64,000 bases of DNA from Candidatus Moraniibacteriota bacterium (GTDB taxonomy: Bacteria; Patescibacteriota; Minisyncoccia; Moranbacterales; UBA2206). The notes below the pieces were generated by a model. The model saw nothing but the letters and a program-made list of their open reading frames with translations. It ran no database searches and was not told where the DNA came from. Of the stretch, positions 56,360-64,000 are shown one piece after another. The stretch is from the NCBI GenBank assembly GCA_049303795.1, contig JBAQNM010000013.1, positions 78,415-142,414 on the forward strand, read 5' to 3'. A program made the translations under genes and the position numbers. Positions within the stretch are counted from its first letter, which is position 1. Each line of letters starts with the position of its first letter.

Positions 56360-56785
56360 TTATTTTTTTGTCAAATCGTCAAATCTATCTAATTGCATTT
56401 TGACTGACAATAATTCGGCGACCCTTTTAGATAGGTCTGTTGGTGTGATTTGGGTTTTTACAAAAAAAGATTCAACACCCATTTTTTCTACTTTTTTCTG
56501 TGTTTCAATATCAACTGAGGCTGAAATTATGATAACCGGCGTATCTTTAGTTTTTTCATCTTCTTTTAATTTTACCACAACTTCATCTCCACTCATTGCT
56601 GGCATCATCATGTCAATAATAAATAAATCAAACTCGCCACTTAAAGCTTCTTTGATTCCCCAAGCACCATTTTTTGCCGACAAAACCTCAAAGCCAGCCT
56701 TTCTGAGGCTCTCACTAAACATATCCACAAAAATCTCTTCGTCTTCAATTAATAAAATCTTAGGCATAAGTTTCTTGTAATCCAA
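56360..56785 (-). CDS. Standalone response-regulator receiver (REC, CheY-like) domain protein
   Basis: LLIEDEE, FIIDMMMP (phospho-acceptor Asp), IIISAS and K in FFVK form the REC signature. No output domain. Confidence 0.8.
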   Translation of the reverse strand: MDYKKLMPKILLIEDEEIFVDMFSESLRKAGFEVLSAKNGAWGIKEALSGEFDLFIIDMMMPAMSGDEVVVKLKEDEKTKDTPVIIISASVDIETQKKVEKMGVESFFVKTQITPTDLSKRVAELLSVKMQLDRFDDLTKK

Positions 56786-56874
56786 CTTAATCCCTACGTA
56801 TTTAATTATAGTATAGGCTACTAAACAAAGAAGCGCAACTATATTAATAAATCAAATTAAAGCACCACCTATTT

Positions 56875-57429
56875 TTAGTTGTTGAATTTTTTTTCATATT
56901 CTGCTTGAGCAACTTTAATAATTGCATAAGCATCTTCTGGTCCGAGAAATCTTCCAACTTTCACACTATCCTTTCCTGTTTGAGGAATTTTATAAGTTTC
57001 CATAAAAGTTTTTAAATCCTTTCTTTCGTATGGAGTTAGATTATCAACATGTGTAACATGCTCGTAGCGTGGATCCTTGGCATTTACACAAATAATTTTA
57101 TGATCCACTTCTCCATTATCTTCCATTTCCATTATTCCGACGACACGTCCTTTTACGAGGACTCCTGGAATAATTGGTGCGGAACTAAAAACCACAGCAT
57201 CAAGAGGGTCTTCATCGCCTGTATTCCAAGTGCTAGGTACATCACAATAATTTACAGGATAAAAAGTTGGACCATAAAGAACTCTGTCGAGTTCTAATAT
57301 CCCAAGCTCTTTATTATATTCATATTTATTCATGTCTCCTTTTGTTATTTCCACAATCAGATTTAATACCTCAGGAGCTTTATCTTGAGAGATGTTGTGA
57401 AAATGGGACGAGATGTTTTTTTCTGGCAT
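56875..57429 (-). CDS. ppa: Inorganic pyrophosphatase (family I)
   Basis: EITKGDMNKYEY...DPLDAVV...DHKII are family I PPase motifs. Confidence 0.9.
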   Translation of the reverse strand: MPEKNISSHFHNISQDKAPEVLNLIVEITKGDMNKYEYNKELGILELDRVLYGPTFYPVNYCDVPSTWNTGDEDPLDAVVFSSAPIIPGVLVKGRVVGIMEMEDNGEVDHKIICVNAKDPRYEHVTHVDNLTPYERKDLKTFMETYKIPQTGKDSVKVGRFLGPEDAYAIIKVAQAEYEKKFNN

Positions 57430-57750
57430 AATAATTTTGTTAATATTTATTTAAATTAAAAATAAGACGTAATATCATACTTAAGTTATAATATCATTAT
57501 CGACTTATTAAATCAACCCCTGATTTCTTAATTATTTTCCACCCACGACAAGTCCTTTGTCATATTTGATAAATTCGGCAAAGTATTTTTGAACAAAATA
57601 AATATTAGAAGTAATAGGCGTTAAGAATGATGCAATGATTTTACTGGTTTTTTTATCTCGTTTTTCTTTATATCTTAGGGGAAATAAAAAAAGACGATAT
57701 TCTTTATTTCAAAAATATCGTCCGAAAGAATAAAGCTATCGCTTAAGTCA

Positions 57751-59376
57751 TTATTTCCTATCTCTCACTTCATATATCGCTATTCTTCTAAATCTTTCTG
57801 AACTCAAGATTTCATATTTTTCTTCGAAACTTTTTGACACCTTTTGACCTTCCTCGGGGTTGTTTATAATATTAACAAAAAATAGTTGATCATTTTCATG
57901 CAATGTTTGCTCTTTACTGCGTTCCATTATTTTAAATCCATAGGGATCGGTAAAATATTTTATTGGTTTTGTGATTTTGAAAAGTTCGGCAGTCTTGCCT
58001 TCGAGATAATTATTTTTTGTTTCATTGCTATGTAAGCGGATAAACTCCGCCATGAATTTCACCTCACCCAAAGTTATTTCATCAAAATCTTCATCCTGGT
58101 TATTTTTTCCAGCCAAATAATCCGCTTTATTTTTAATCGAATAGATATTGAGTGTCGATAGTAATACGAGAAAGATACTCAAAATTATGATGGATTTTTT
58201 TCCAAGATGTTCACGAAGAAACTTAATCCATAGACCAACGAAAACAAAAGGGATGAAAATCAACGGCAAAAAGAAACGCATAGAAGTTTCAAGAGCGAGC
58301 GGTATTAAGATAATAAATAAAACAGACGCATATAAAAGCAAAATTCCTAAGAAGTTTTTCTTCTCAAAGCTTTTTTCTTTTTTCCAATAGTAAATTAATA
58401 AGGCTAATCCACCCAGAGAAAATAAAATACTCAAAATGACATTACTTATTACACCGGTATTTTTTAGTATCTTGGCTGGATCTTTTTTATTTTGTTTAAT
58501 TTTTTTATTAAATTTCATCAAATCACATTCATTGTCATTTCCAACGGACGATAAGATGAAACCACTCGCTTGCATATGACAAACAACATTCAGGCCTAAT
58601 TTCTCTCCAAGAGATGCGCTCCTGGATGATTTATTATCAAAAGCGACAATAAAAGCGCGTGAATTCTTCTCAAGACTTGTGAATTCATTGATTATTTGCG
58701 GGATGTTTAAAAAGATAACGACCATAATAACTATCCAAGCCTTTTTCCAAGCAGGATTTTTTTTAAAAAAAAGAAAAGCAAAATAAATCATCGTGACTAT
58801 TGGAAAGGAAAAAAGCACAAGTGAATGAAGCTGAATGCCGATTCCCAAGGCTACGCCTAAGATTATAAACCAGAAGACTTTTCTTTTTTGCTCATAGTTC
58901 CCTATCTCATTCAAGCTAAAAAGAAAAAGCAAAGCAAAGAATGGTGTGGAATTTGGATTCCAGGCGAAACGAGCATATTTTATGGCATAAAAAGAAACTG
59001 CGAATAGTGCGACAGAAAGAAGTGCTGCTTTTGAATTGAAATATTTTCTCAAAAATAAATACAAAAGAGGAATGGAGAGAACGGAAAAAAACAAATCCGG
59101 ATAGGCTACTTTTTCCGGTGCGCTTCCAAATATTTTCGCTGATATAAGTTGAAAATAATAGAAAACCGGACCTAATCTGAAATCAGTTCCTCCGGCTTGC
59201 GGTCCCATGAGTGGCAAGTCTGCTTTTTCATTTATAATATCTCGAATTATTCCAGCGTCACGTGCCTGATCTGGGTTGAATCTGAGATAATCAGAAAAAT
59301 GATAGGTACGAAAAAATATTCCGATTAGAATAATTAAAAATAATATTGCGAGGTTTTTTTTGTTTTCAATTTTCAT
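57751..59376 (-). CDS. GT-C fold lipid-carrier-dependent glycosyltransferase (PMT/ArnT-like), paralog A
   Basis: 541 aa. The N-terminal loop FRTYHFSDYLRFNPDQARDAGIIRDI with the D-x-D/E motif typical of GT-C. Many TM helices. Confidence 0.65.
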   Translation of the reverse strand: MKIENKKNLAILFLIILIGIFFRTYHFSDYLRFNPDQARDAGIIRDIINEKADLPLMGPQAGGTDFRLGPVFYYFQLISAKIFGSAPEKVAYPDLFFSVLSIPLLYLFLRKYFNSKAALLSVALFAVSFYAIKYARFAWNPNSTPFFALLFLFSLNEIGNYEQKRKVFWFIILGVALGIGIQLHSLVLFSFPIVTMIYFAFLFFKKNPAWKKAWIVIMVVIFLNIPQIINEFTSLEKNSRAFIVAFDNKSSRSASLGEKLGLNVVCHMQASGFILSSVGNDNECDLMKFNKKIKQNKKDPAKILKNTGVISNVILSILFSLGGLALLIYYWKKEKSFEKKNFLGILLLYASVLFIILIPLALETSMRFFLPLIFIPFVFVGLWIKFLREHLGKKSIIILSIFLVLLSTLNIYSIKNKADYLAGKNNQDEDFDEITLGEVKFMAEFIRLHSNETKNNYLEGKTAELFKITKPIKYFTDPYGFKIMERSKEQTLHENDQLFFVNIINNPEEGQKVSKSFEEKYEILSSERFRRIAIYEVRDRK

Positions 59377-59379
59377 AAG

Positions 59380-60240
59380 TTATTTTATCTTATCTAACTT
59401 AAAATTTTTCACTTCGTATTTTCCATTGTTCGCTTCGATTACATAATAACTCCCCTCATGATCCTTGAGGGTAAATGGAAAAACTGTTTTATATTGAATT
59501 CCATTGAGAAAGAAATCTTTTTCTTTATGTAATGATCCGGAAATAACAATTTTTACTTTTCCACTTTCACGCAGGATAATTTCCAATTCTTCAAATTTTG
59601 AAAGCAGAATTTCTTTGTCATAGTCTATTATGGGAATATGCATAGCTATGATAATATTCAAATTTGTCTCTGTTAATCTTTCTTTGAGCCAAAGCAATTG
59701 TTTTTCATCGGGTTTATTTTCTTCATCAGTTAAATTTAAGATGATTATTCTTGTTTTTTTTGTATCGAAAAAATAATAGTACGGAGATTCAATGTTAAAA
59801 TGTTCCATGGTTCTAGTGTTTTCTCTGTCATGATTTCCACGCACCCAAAGAACTTTTAAATCATAATTATCTGCAATTTTTTTTAAATTTTCAGCCTGTT
59901 CACTTTCACCATCATTAGTCATATCTCCGGTAACAACTATCGTTTTGATATTTTTCGATTGCATTTTTTCAAAGAAAGTCGGCAAGTATTCTTTATATAC
60001 ACTGGAATAAATAATGTCACTATCATTGATTTCAACAATTTCGTTTTTATCTGCATGTAAATCCGTTATCCAGCCAATTCTTTCCGTTTCTTCCTTATCA
60101 TTTGTTTCCATTTTAATTATTGCTTCATCTTGCTTATCGGCAGAATAAAAAACAACAAACAATAAGATAAAAAACATCAAGAGTAAAATCCAGACGAGTT
60201 TATTTTTTAAGTTTATTTCCTCCATACTAATTCTTTCCAA
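59380..60240 (-). CDS. Membrane-anchored calcineurin-like metallophosphoesterase
   Basis: GWITDLHAD...VVTGDMTND...GNHD are phosphoesterase motifs I-III. N-terminal TM. Confidence 0.7.
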   Translation of the reverse strand: MERISMEEINLKNKLVWILLLMFFILLFVVFYSADKQDEAIIKMETNDKEETERIGWITDLHADKNEIVEINDSDIIYSSVYKEYLPTFFEKMQSKNIKTIVVTGDMTNDGESEQAENLKKIADNYDLKVLWVRGNHDRENTRTMEHFNIESPYYYFFDTKKTRIIILNLTDEENKPDEKQLLWLKERLTETNLNIIIAMHIPIIDYDKEILLSKFEELEIILRESGKVKIVISGSLHKEKDFFLNGIQYKTVFPFTLKDHEGSYYVIEANNGKYEVKNFKLDKIK

Positions 60241-61331
60241 TCAAGCTCTCCTACTTTTTTCTTTATTTCAAATTTCTCTGCACGCTCACCATGTTTTTCA
60301 ATGGCTATTTTCGCCTCTTTGGTATATTTATTATATTTAGCCTCCATTGAAGTGAAATTTCCTAAAACTTCAAATGAAGCCAAATTTCCATTAATAATAT
60401 AATTTATTCCATCAACATTCTGAAATTTATAGCCCGGCTCATGCCCGGAGGCAACAAGAACAAGATTGTTATATTGTTTTAAAAAATTGTGCAATTCAAG
60501 TCCTTGTGAAAGATTTTTGTCATTAGAAATTAAATTTCCATCTAGTTCATCCGGTCTTGATGTGTGATGAGAGAAAAGAATAGTGGGCCTTTCTGTGTCT
60601 AACGCAATTTTGAGCCAATTAAATTCAGCTTCACTCACAAAACCCTCAATGTAATAATTTGGTCCCAAGTCAGATCCATCTTTTTTGAAATTAGTATCCA
60701 TCAGGACGAATCTCCAATCACCCAAATCAAAATAGCTATGATTATCTGCCATTCCAAGGATAGCTCTTAGTTCTTCCTTTGTAAGATCTCGCAAATCATG
60801 ATTTCCAAAAACATATCCCCTTTTCGCTTGTAATTTTGAAAAAATTGCATTTATTTTTCCAAATTGTTCAATGGTGGTATTTTTTTTAGAGATAGAGCTT
60901 TCCACTAAATCTCCTCCGGCAATCACAATTTCCGGATGGAATTCATTATTAAAGTATGCTACAGCCTTTTCCAGCGCCTCAGGCGCTTTATTGGTTGGTT
61001 TATTTCCGACGTTATTTTTATATCCATATTCCCAATCAGCTGTAAATCCAATTTTCAAGCTAGTTTCTGACTTTAGAATTACATTATTCCAATAAAAATA
61101 ACTAGCTAATCCTAGACCGGCTATGATGAAAAATAATACAGCAATTACTATGTAAAGCCAATTATGTTTTCGTGGCTTTCTAGTCACTTTTTTATTTATT
61201 AGAATTTCTTCTGAAGGTTTTTCTTCACTTTTTTTTTCTGTGATATTATCTTCTGCGACCGTTTCTTTGTCTTTCTTTTTTGTTATTATTTTTGTTTCTT
61301 TTTTAAAAAAACGCTTGAAATATTTTTTCAT
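60213..61331 (-). CDS. Membrane-anchored calcineurin-like metallophosphoesterase (second tandem copy)
   Basis: IGFTADWEYG...IAGGDLVE...GNHD...HH...SGHEPGY. Lys-rich N-terminus followed by a TM helix. Confidence 0.7.
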   Translation of the reverse strand: MKKYFKRFFKKETKIITKKKDKETVAEDNITEKKSEEKPSEEILINKKVTRKPRKHNWLYIVIAVLFFIIAGLGLASYFYWNNVILKSETSLKIGFTADWEYGYKNNVGNKPTNKAPEALEKAVAYFNNEFHPEIVIAGGDLVESSISKKNTTIEQFGKINAIFSKLQAKRGYVFGNHDLRDLTKEELRAILGMADNHSYFDLGDWRFVLMDTNFKKDGSDLGPNYYIEGFVSEAEFNWLKIALDTERPTILFSHHTSRPDELDGNLISNDKNLSQGLELHNFLKQYNNLVLVASGHEPGYKFQNVDGINYIINGNLASFEVLGNFTSMEAKYNKYTKEAKIAIEKHGERAEKFEIKKKVGELDWKELVWRK

Positions 61332-61339
61332 TTTTTTGA

Positions 61340-62983
61340 TTAGTTATTTTTTAAAATATAAATATCGACTGGCGAAAAATGTTTTCCGTTTATTACCTCA
61401 TAATCTCCTATAAACCCTTTTATTTTTTCATCATTGAAATTTTTAATGTAAAAAAAGTTTTCACCATTTGGAATCATATCATCAATATTGCTGGCGTCAA
61501 TTTCAACCATTCTTATATTTTCCCGAGAAACCATATGATTCAACGGCCCCTCAAAACGATTAAGGTATTTTCGTTCCCCACTTAGGTATATAACTTCTTT
61601 TTCATTGGAATTTTTAACGATAAACTTTCCAACATTCTCCGCCCAACCAAGATTGGAATTTTCTAAATTATTATCTAAACCATTTTTGAAATAAAAATAA
61701 TTTTTTGTATTAAAAAAGATAATACTGGAAAATATGCCAATAAATATGAGCAGAGAAATTATTTTTCCAACTAGCTTACCTCTTTTTGAGAGAAATTCTT
61801 GAATCATTCCAATAAAGACAAATGGAATGAAAAATAAAATATTAAAATAACTAATCGATATGGACGATATAATCGGAATTAAAAATAAAAGCGCGCAAAA
61901 ATTATAAACAAAAACTAAGATTAAAAAGTTTTTGCGATCTTTTGATTTTTCCTTGATTAAATTGTAGAACATTAGAGAATATCCAAAAACAAAAAACACA
62001 AAAATGATTATAATGCTAGCTATATATACACCTTTTCTTAATGATTTATCTTTTATTTCTCCAAAAAGTTCCTTGGCTCCCTTTTTTATATCAAGATCAA
62101 TTGATTTAGAACATTCATTTTCCGCCGGAAAACTAGAAATCATATTTACATTAGCTTTTGCTTGACATATAAAAGCTTCCCGACTCTTTTTAAGAAAAGA
62201 GCTATCCGAATCTTCATTGCTGACAATAGCAGCAAAGAAGTTTTCTTTATTTTGACCTCTTGTATTATATTCGCTTATAAATTGGGGAATATTTAAAAAT
62301 AAAGCGATAATAAAAACCAACAGTAGTTGTTTAAAATTTAGCAATCCCCAATGATCGTAAATAATAAAAATCAGAAAAATAAAAACGGGCGTAAGAACTA
62401 GCAATGTTGTATGAAGCTGAACAGCAATTCCAAATGAAATCCCTAAAACTGAAATCCAGATCCATTTTTTCACCGAACTTCCGTTTATTAATTTTAGAAA
62501 TGCATAAAGAATAAGTAAAACAAAAAATGGAATTAAATGAGGATTGGAAGAAAAACGAGAATCCTCAATGAAGAAGTAGGAAAAGCTGATAATAGCTGTT
62601 AAAAATAAGGAAGTGTTCTTACTAAAATATTCCTTGAGAAATAAAAAAAGCAGTGGAATCGTTAGGATTGCGAAAAATAAACTTGGATAAGCTATTTTAT
62701 CGGGATAATTTCCAAATAGCTTAGCTGAGATAATGGAGAAATAATAATAAACAGGACCTAGGTGAAAATATGTTCCACCTGCTAATGGACCAAGCAACGG
62801 AAAGTTGATTTTCCCCTCAACTACATCACTGATGATTTGTGCGTCGCGCGACTGATCCATGCTAAATCGCAACCAGTCATGAAAATTATAGGTGCGTAGA
62901 AAAATTCCAATCATAATTATCGCCAAAAGAATCCAAATATGCCTTGGGATTTTAGCTAGTTTGTCTTTTAAATATTTAAACAT
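61340..62983 (-). CDS. GT-C fold lipid-carrier-dependent glycosyltransferase (PMT/ArnT-like), paralog B
   Basis: 547 aa. FLRTYNFHDWLRFSMDQSRDAQIISDV aligns with paralog A. The C-terminal soluble domain is also homologous. Confidence 0.65.
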   Translation of the reverse strand: MFKYLKDKLAKIPRHIWILLAIIMIGIFLRTYNFHDWLRFSMDQSRDAQIISDVVEGKINFPLLGPLAGGTYFHLGPVYYYFSIISAKLFGNYPDKIAYPSLFFAILTIPLLFLFLKEYFSKNTSLFLTAIISFSYFFIEDSRFSSNPHLIPFFVLLILYAFLKLINGSSVKKWIWISVLGISFGIAVQLHTTLLVLTPVFIFLIFIIYDHWGLLNFKQLLLVFIIALFLNIPQFISEYNTRGQNKENFFAAIVSNEDSDSSFLKKSREAFICQAKANVNMISSFPAENECSKSIDLDIKKGAKELFGEIKDKSLRKGVYIASIIIIFVFFVFGYSLMFYNLIKEKSKDRKNFLILVFVYNFCALLFLIPIISSISISYFNILFFIPFVFIGMIQEFLSKRGKLVGKIISLLIFIGIFSSIIFFNTKNYFYFKNGLDNNLENSNLGWAENVGKFIVKNSNEKEVIYLSGERKYLNRFEGPLNHMVSRENIRMVEIDASNIDDMIPNGENFFYIKNFNDEKIKGFIGDYEVINGKHFSPVDIYILKNN

Positions 62984-62986
62984 AAA

Positions 62987-64000
62987 TTAAATAGCTACCT
63001 TATAAATTATAATTTTCCCGAATTTTTTATAATCCTTAATTGTATAATTCCCAATTAATCCACTTTCACAATACTTCAGATCATCTGTTATGTAAAATAG
63101 CGCCTTACCAGAAAGCATCTTTTCATTTTCATTTTTATAGATATTGAAATTTTCTTTTTTAGCGATATATGAAAAAGGTGGAAAGAAAAGGGCTCTATAA
63201 TCCTTACTGCCAACAAAATAGGCTTCATTGAGGTTATCAGAATTTTCAATTATATATTCCATCATCAATTTTGTTTCTCCTAAAATAGTAACATGAGCGT
63301 CACTTCTAGATTTGGAGAATAACTGTTTGGCTATTGATTTTGTAGAATTAAAATTAGTTATTATGAAAAATAAAAATAACAAAAAAATAACTGGTAGTAA
63401 GAATTTAGAAGATTTCTTATTCAAATAATTTGCAATCAACCCTAAGAAAATAAATGGCATGAAAAAGATATGATTAAAATATCTAAAAGAAGCAAAGGTT
63501 TCGTCCGAGACCGGTAACATAATAATAAAAGACAAAACTAAATAACTCAATATGAGTGCCAAGAAATATCTCTTTGGATTTTTTTCTTCTTTGTGAAAAT
63601 TATAAATTAAAAGCCAAATTCCAAAAATAAAAAATAGCGCATTTAAAAAAATCCGCACTATAAAAATAGGATTTTTAATTTCTTTTATGAATTTTTTTGA
63701 GTTGCTTCCATTAATCAATTTGGCGTATGTGAAAGAGCAATCACTAGATCCGACAGAAGAGATTATATAAGCATTTGCCTCAATGTGGCAACTCATATTT
63801 TCAACCAAATTTTCTAGAAATTTTTTCTTTTCTGTCGAATTTTCCACTATTGCAGAATTTAATAGAATTTTTGAGTTGGAAAAGTCGGTCTTTATCTCAG
63901 ATATTAATTGCCCAAGATTTAAAATAGCCACAATCCCAATTACAAATATAATTTTTTTCCATAATCTCCAGTTACTCTTTATTAGATATAGAGAAATTAA
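62987..64000 (-). CDS. GT-C fold glycosyltransferase paralog C, N-terminus beyond the window edge
   Basis: The 314-aa ORF in the track (GTG start at 63931) aligns to the C-terminal halves of paralogs A and B. The same frame stays open upstream to position 64000 (LISLYLIKSNWRLWKKIIFVIGIVAI...), so the gene continues past the window. Confidence 0.55.
   Translation of the reverse strand, partial: LISLYLIKSNWRLWKKIIFVIGIVAILNLGQLISEIKTDFSNSKILLNSAIVENSTEKKKFLENLVENMSCHIEANAYIISSVGSSDCSFTYAKLINGSNSKKFIKEIKNPIFIVRIFLNALFFIFGIWLLIYNFHKEEKNPKRYFLALILSYLVLSFIIMLPVSDETFASFRYFNHIFFMPFIFLGLIANYLNKKSSKFLLPVIFLLFLFFIITNFNSTKSIAKQLFSKSRSDAHVTILGETKLMMEYIIENSDNLNEAYFVGSKDYRALFFPPFSYIAKKENFNIYKNENEKMLSGKALFYITDDLKYCESGLIGNYTIKDYKKFGKIIIYKVAI

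Noticed and set aside
56400-56780. 126-aa plus-strand ORF opposite the REC gene, and similar antisense ORFs (e.g. 54550-54843 opposite rplA and 55628-55843 within nusG)
   Set aside because: They are antisense to highly conserved genes, with low-complexity products and no expression signals.
1-64000. Search for tRNA, rRNA and CRISPR signatures
   Set aside because: No GTTCRANYC-type T-loop context with acceptor-stem complementarity was found. There are no long conserved rRNA blocks and no array of regularly spaced direct repeats. Every intergenic region over 150 nt was read by eye.
1-64000. Possible alternative genetic code (UGA recoding, as in some CPR lineages)
   Set aside because: Long conserved genes such as proS, pyrG, gltX and hisS terminate at, and are uninterrupted by, TGA, TAA and TAG in the six-frame track. 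The standard bacterial code fits.

Overview
The window is AT-rich, densely packed with short genes and uses the standard code (TGA, TAA and TAG all terminate long ORFs, so there is no UGA recoding). The gene content fits a Candidate Phyla Radiation / Patescibacteria-type bacterium; this lineage call is an inference from gene content, not a database hit. Four blocks are visible.

(1) 1-7000: the end of a nucleotide-sugar dehydrogenase gene, an archaeal/eukaryotic-type prolyl-tRNA synthetase, two odd mini transcription units, a deoxyhypusine-synthase-like gene, a GC-rich membrane transporter, and a cysteine synthase with a structured leader.

(2) 7100-15620: a putative signalling and secreted-protein block. 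It holds a standalone membrane sensor domain, then a PRMT-like methyltransferase co-operonic with a sensor histidine kinase, then a repeat protein, a 714-aa Cys-rich secreted protein with CARDB-like repeats, and an S-adenosylhomocysteine-hydrolase-like protein fused to a NUDIX domain.

(3) 15630-35088: a large cell-surface glycan locus. It contains a Wzx-like flippase, GT4 x4, GT2 x2, an O-antigen-ligase-like protein, a GT-C membrane glycosyltransferase, an LCP protein and an S41 peptidase. Embedded in it are RtcB, a thymidylate-kinase-like protein, two NUDIX hydrolases and an S51 peptidase.

(4) 35134-64000: housekeeping genes (rplI, pyrG, rpmA, pyrH-like, iscR-iscS-iscU, gltX, hisS, lepB, pth, rplA-rplK-nusG-secE, ppa, rpsU-yqeY, HIT, ThpR-like). 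Interspersed are a PD-(D/E)XK Fe-S nuclease, a coiled-coil/C39-like secreted peptidase, a second LCP protein, an orphan REC domain, and a terminal array of three GT-C glycosyltransferase paralogs with two membrane metallophosphoesterases.

No rRNA, tRNA, CRISPR array or obvious mobile element was recognised. Most reverse-strand ORFs in the supplied track are antisense shadows of real genes. The most notable items are the SAHH-like::NUDIX fusion, the PRMT-like/HK operon with a paralogous sensor domain, the twin promoter/G-run/mini-ORF/terminator units, and the attenuator-like cysK leader.
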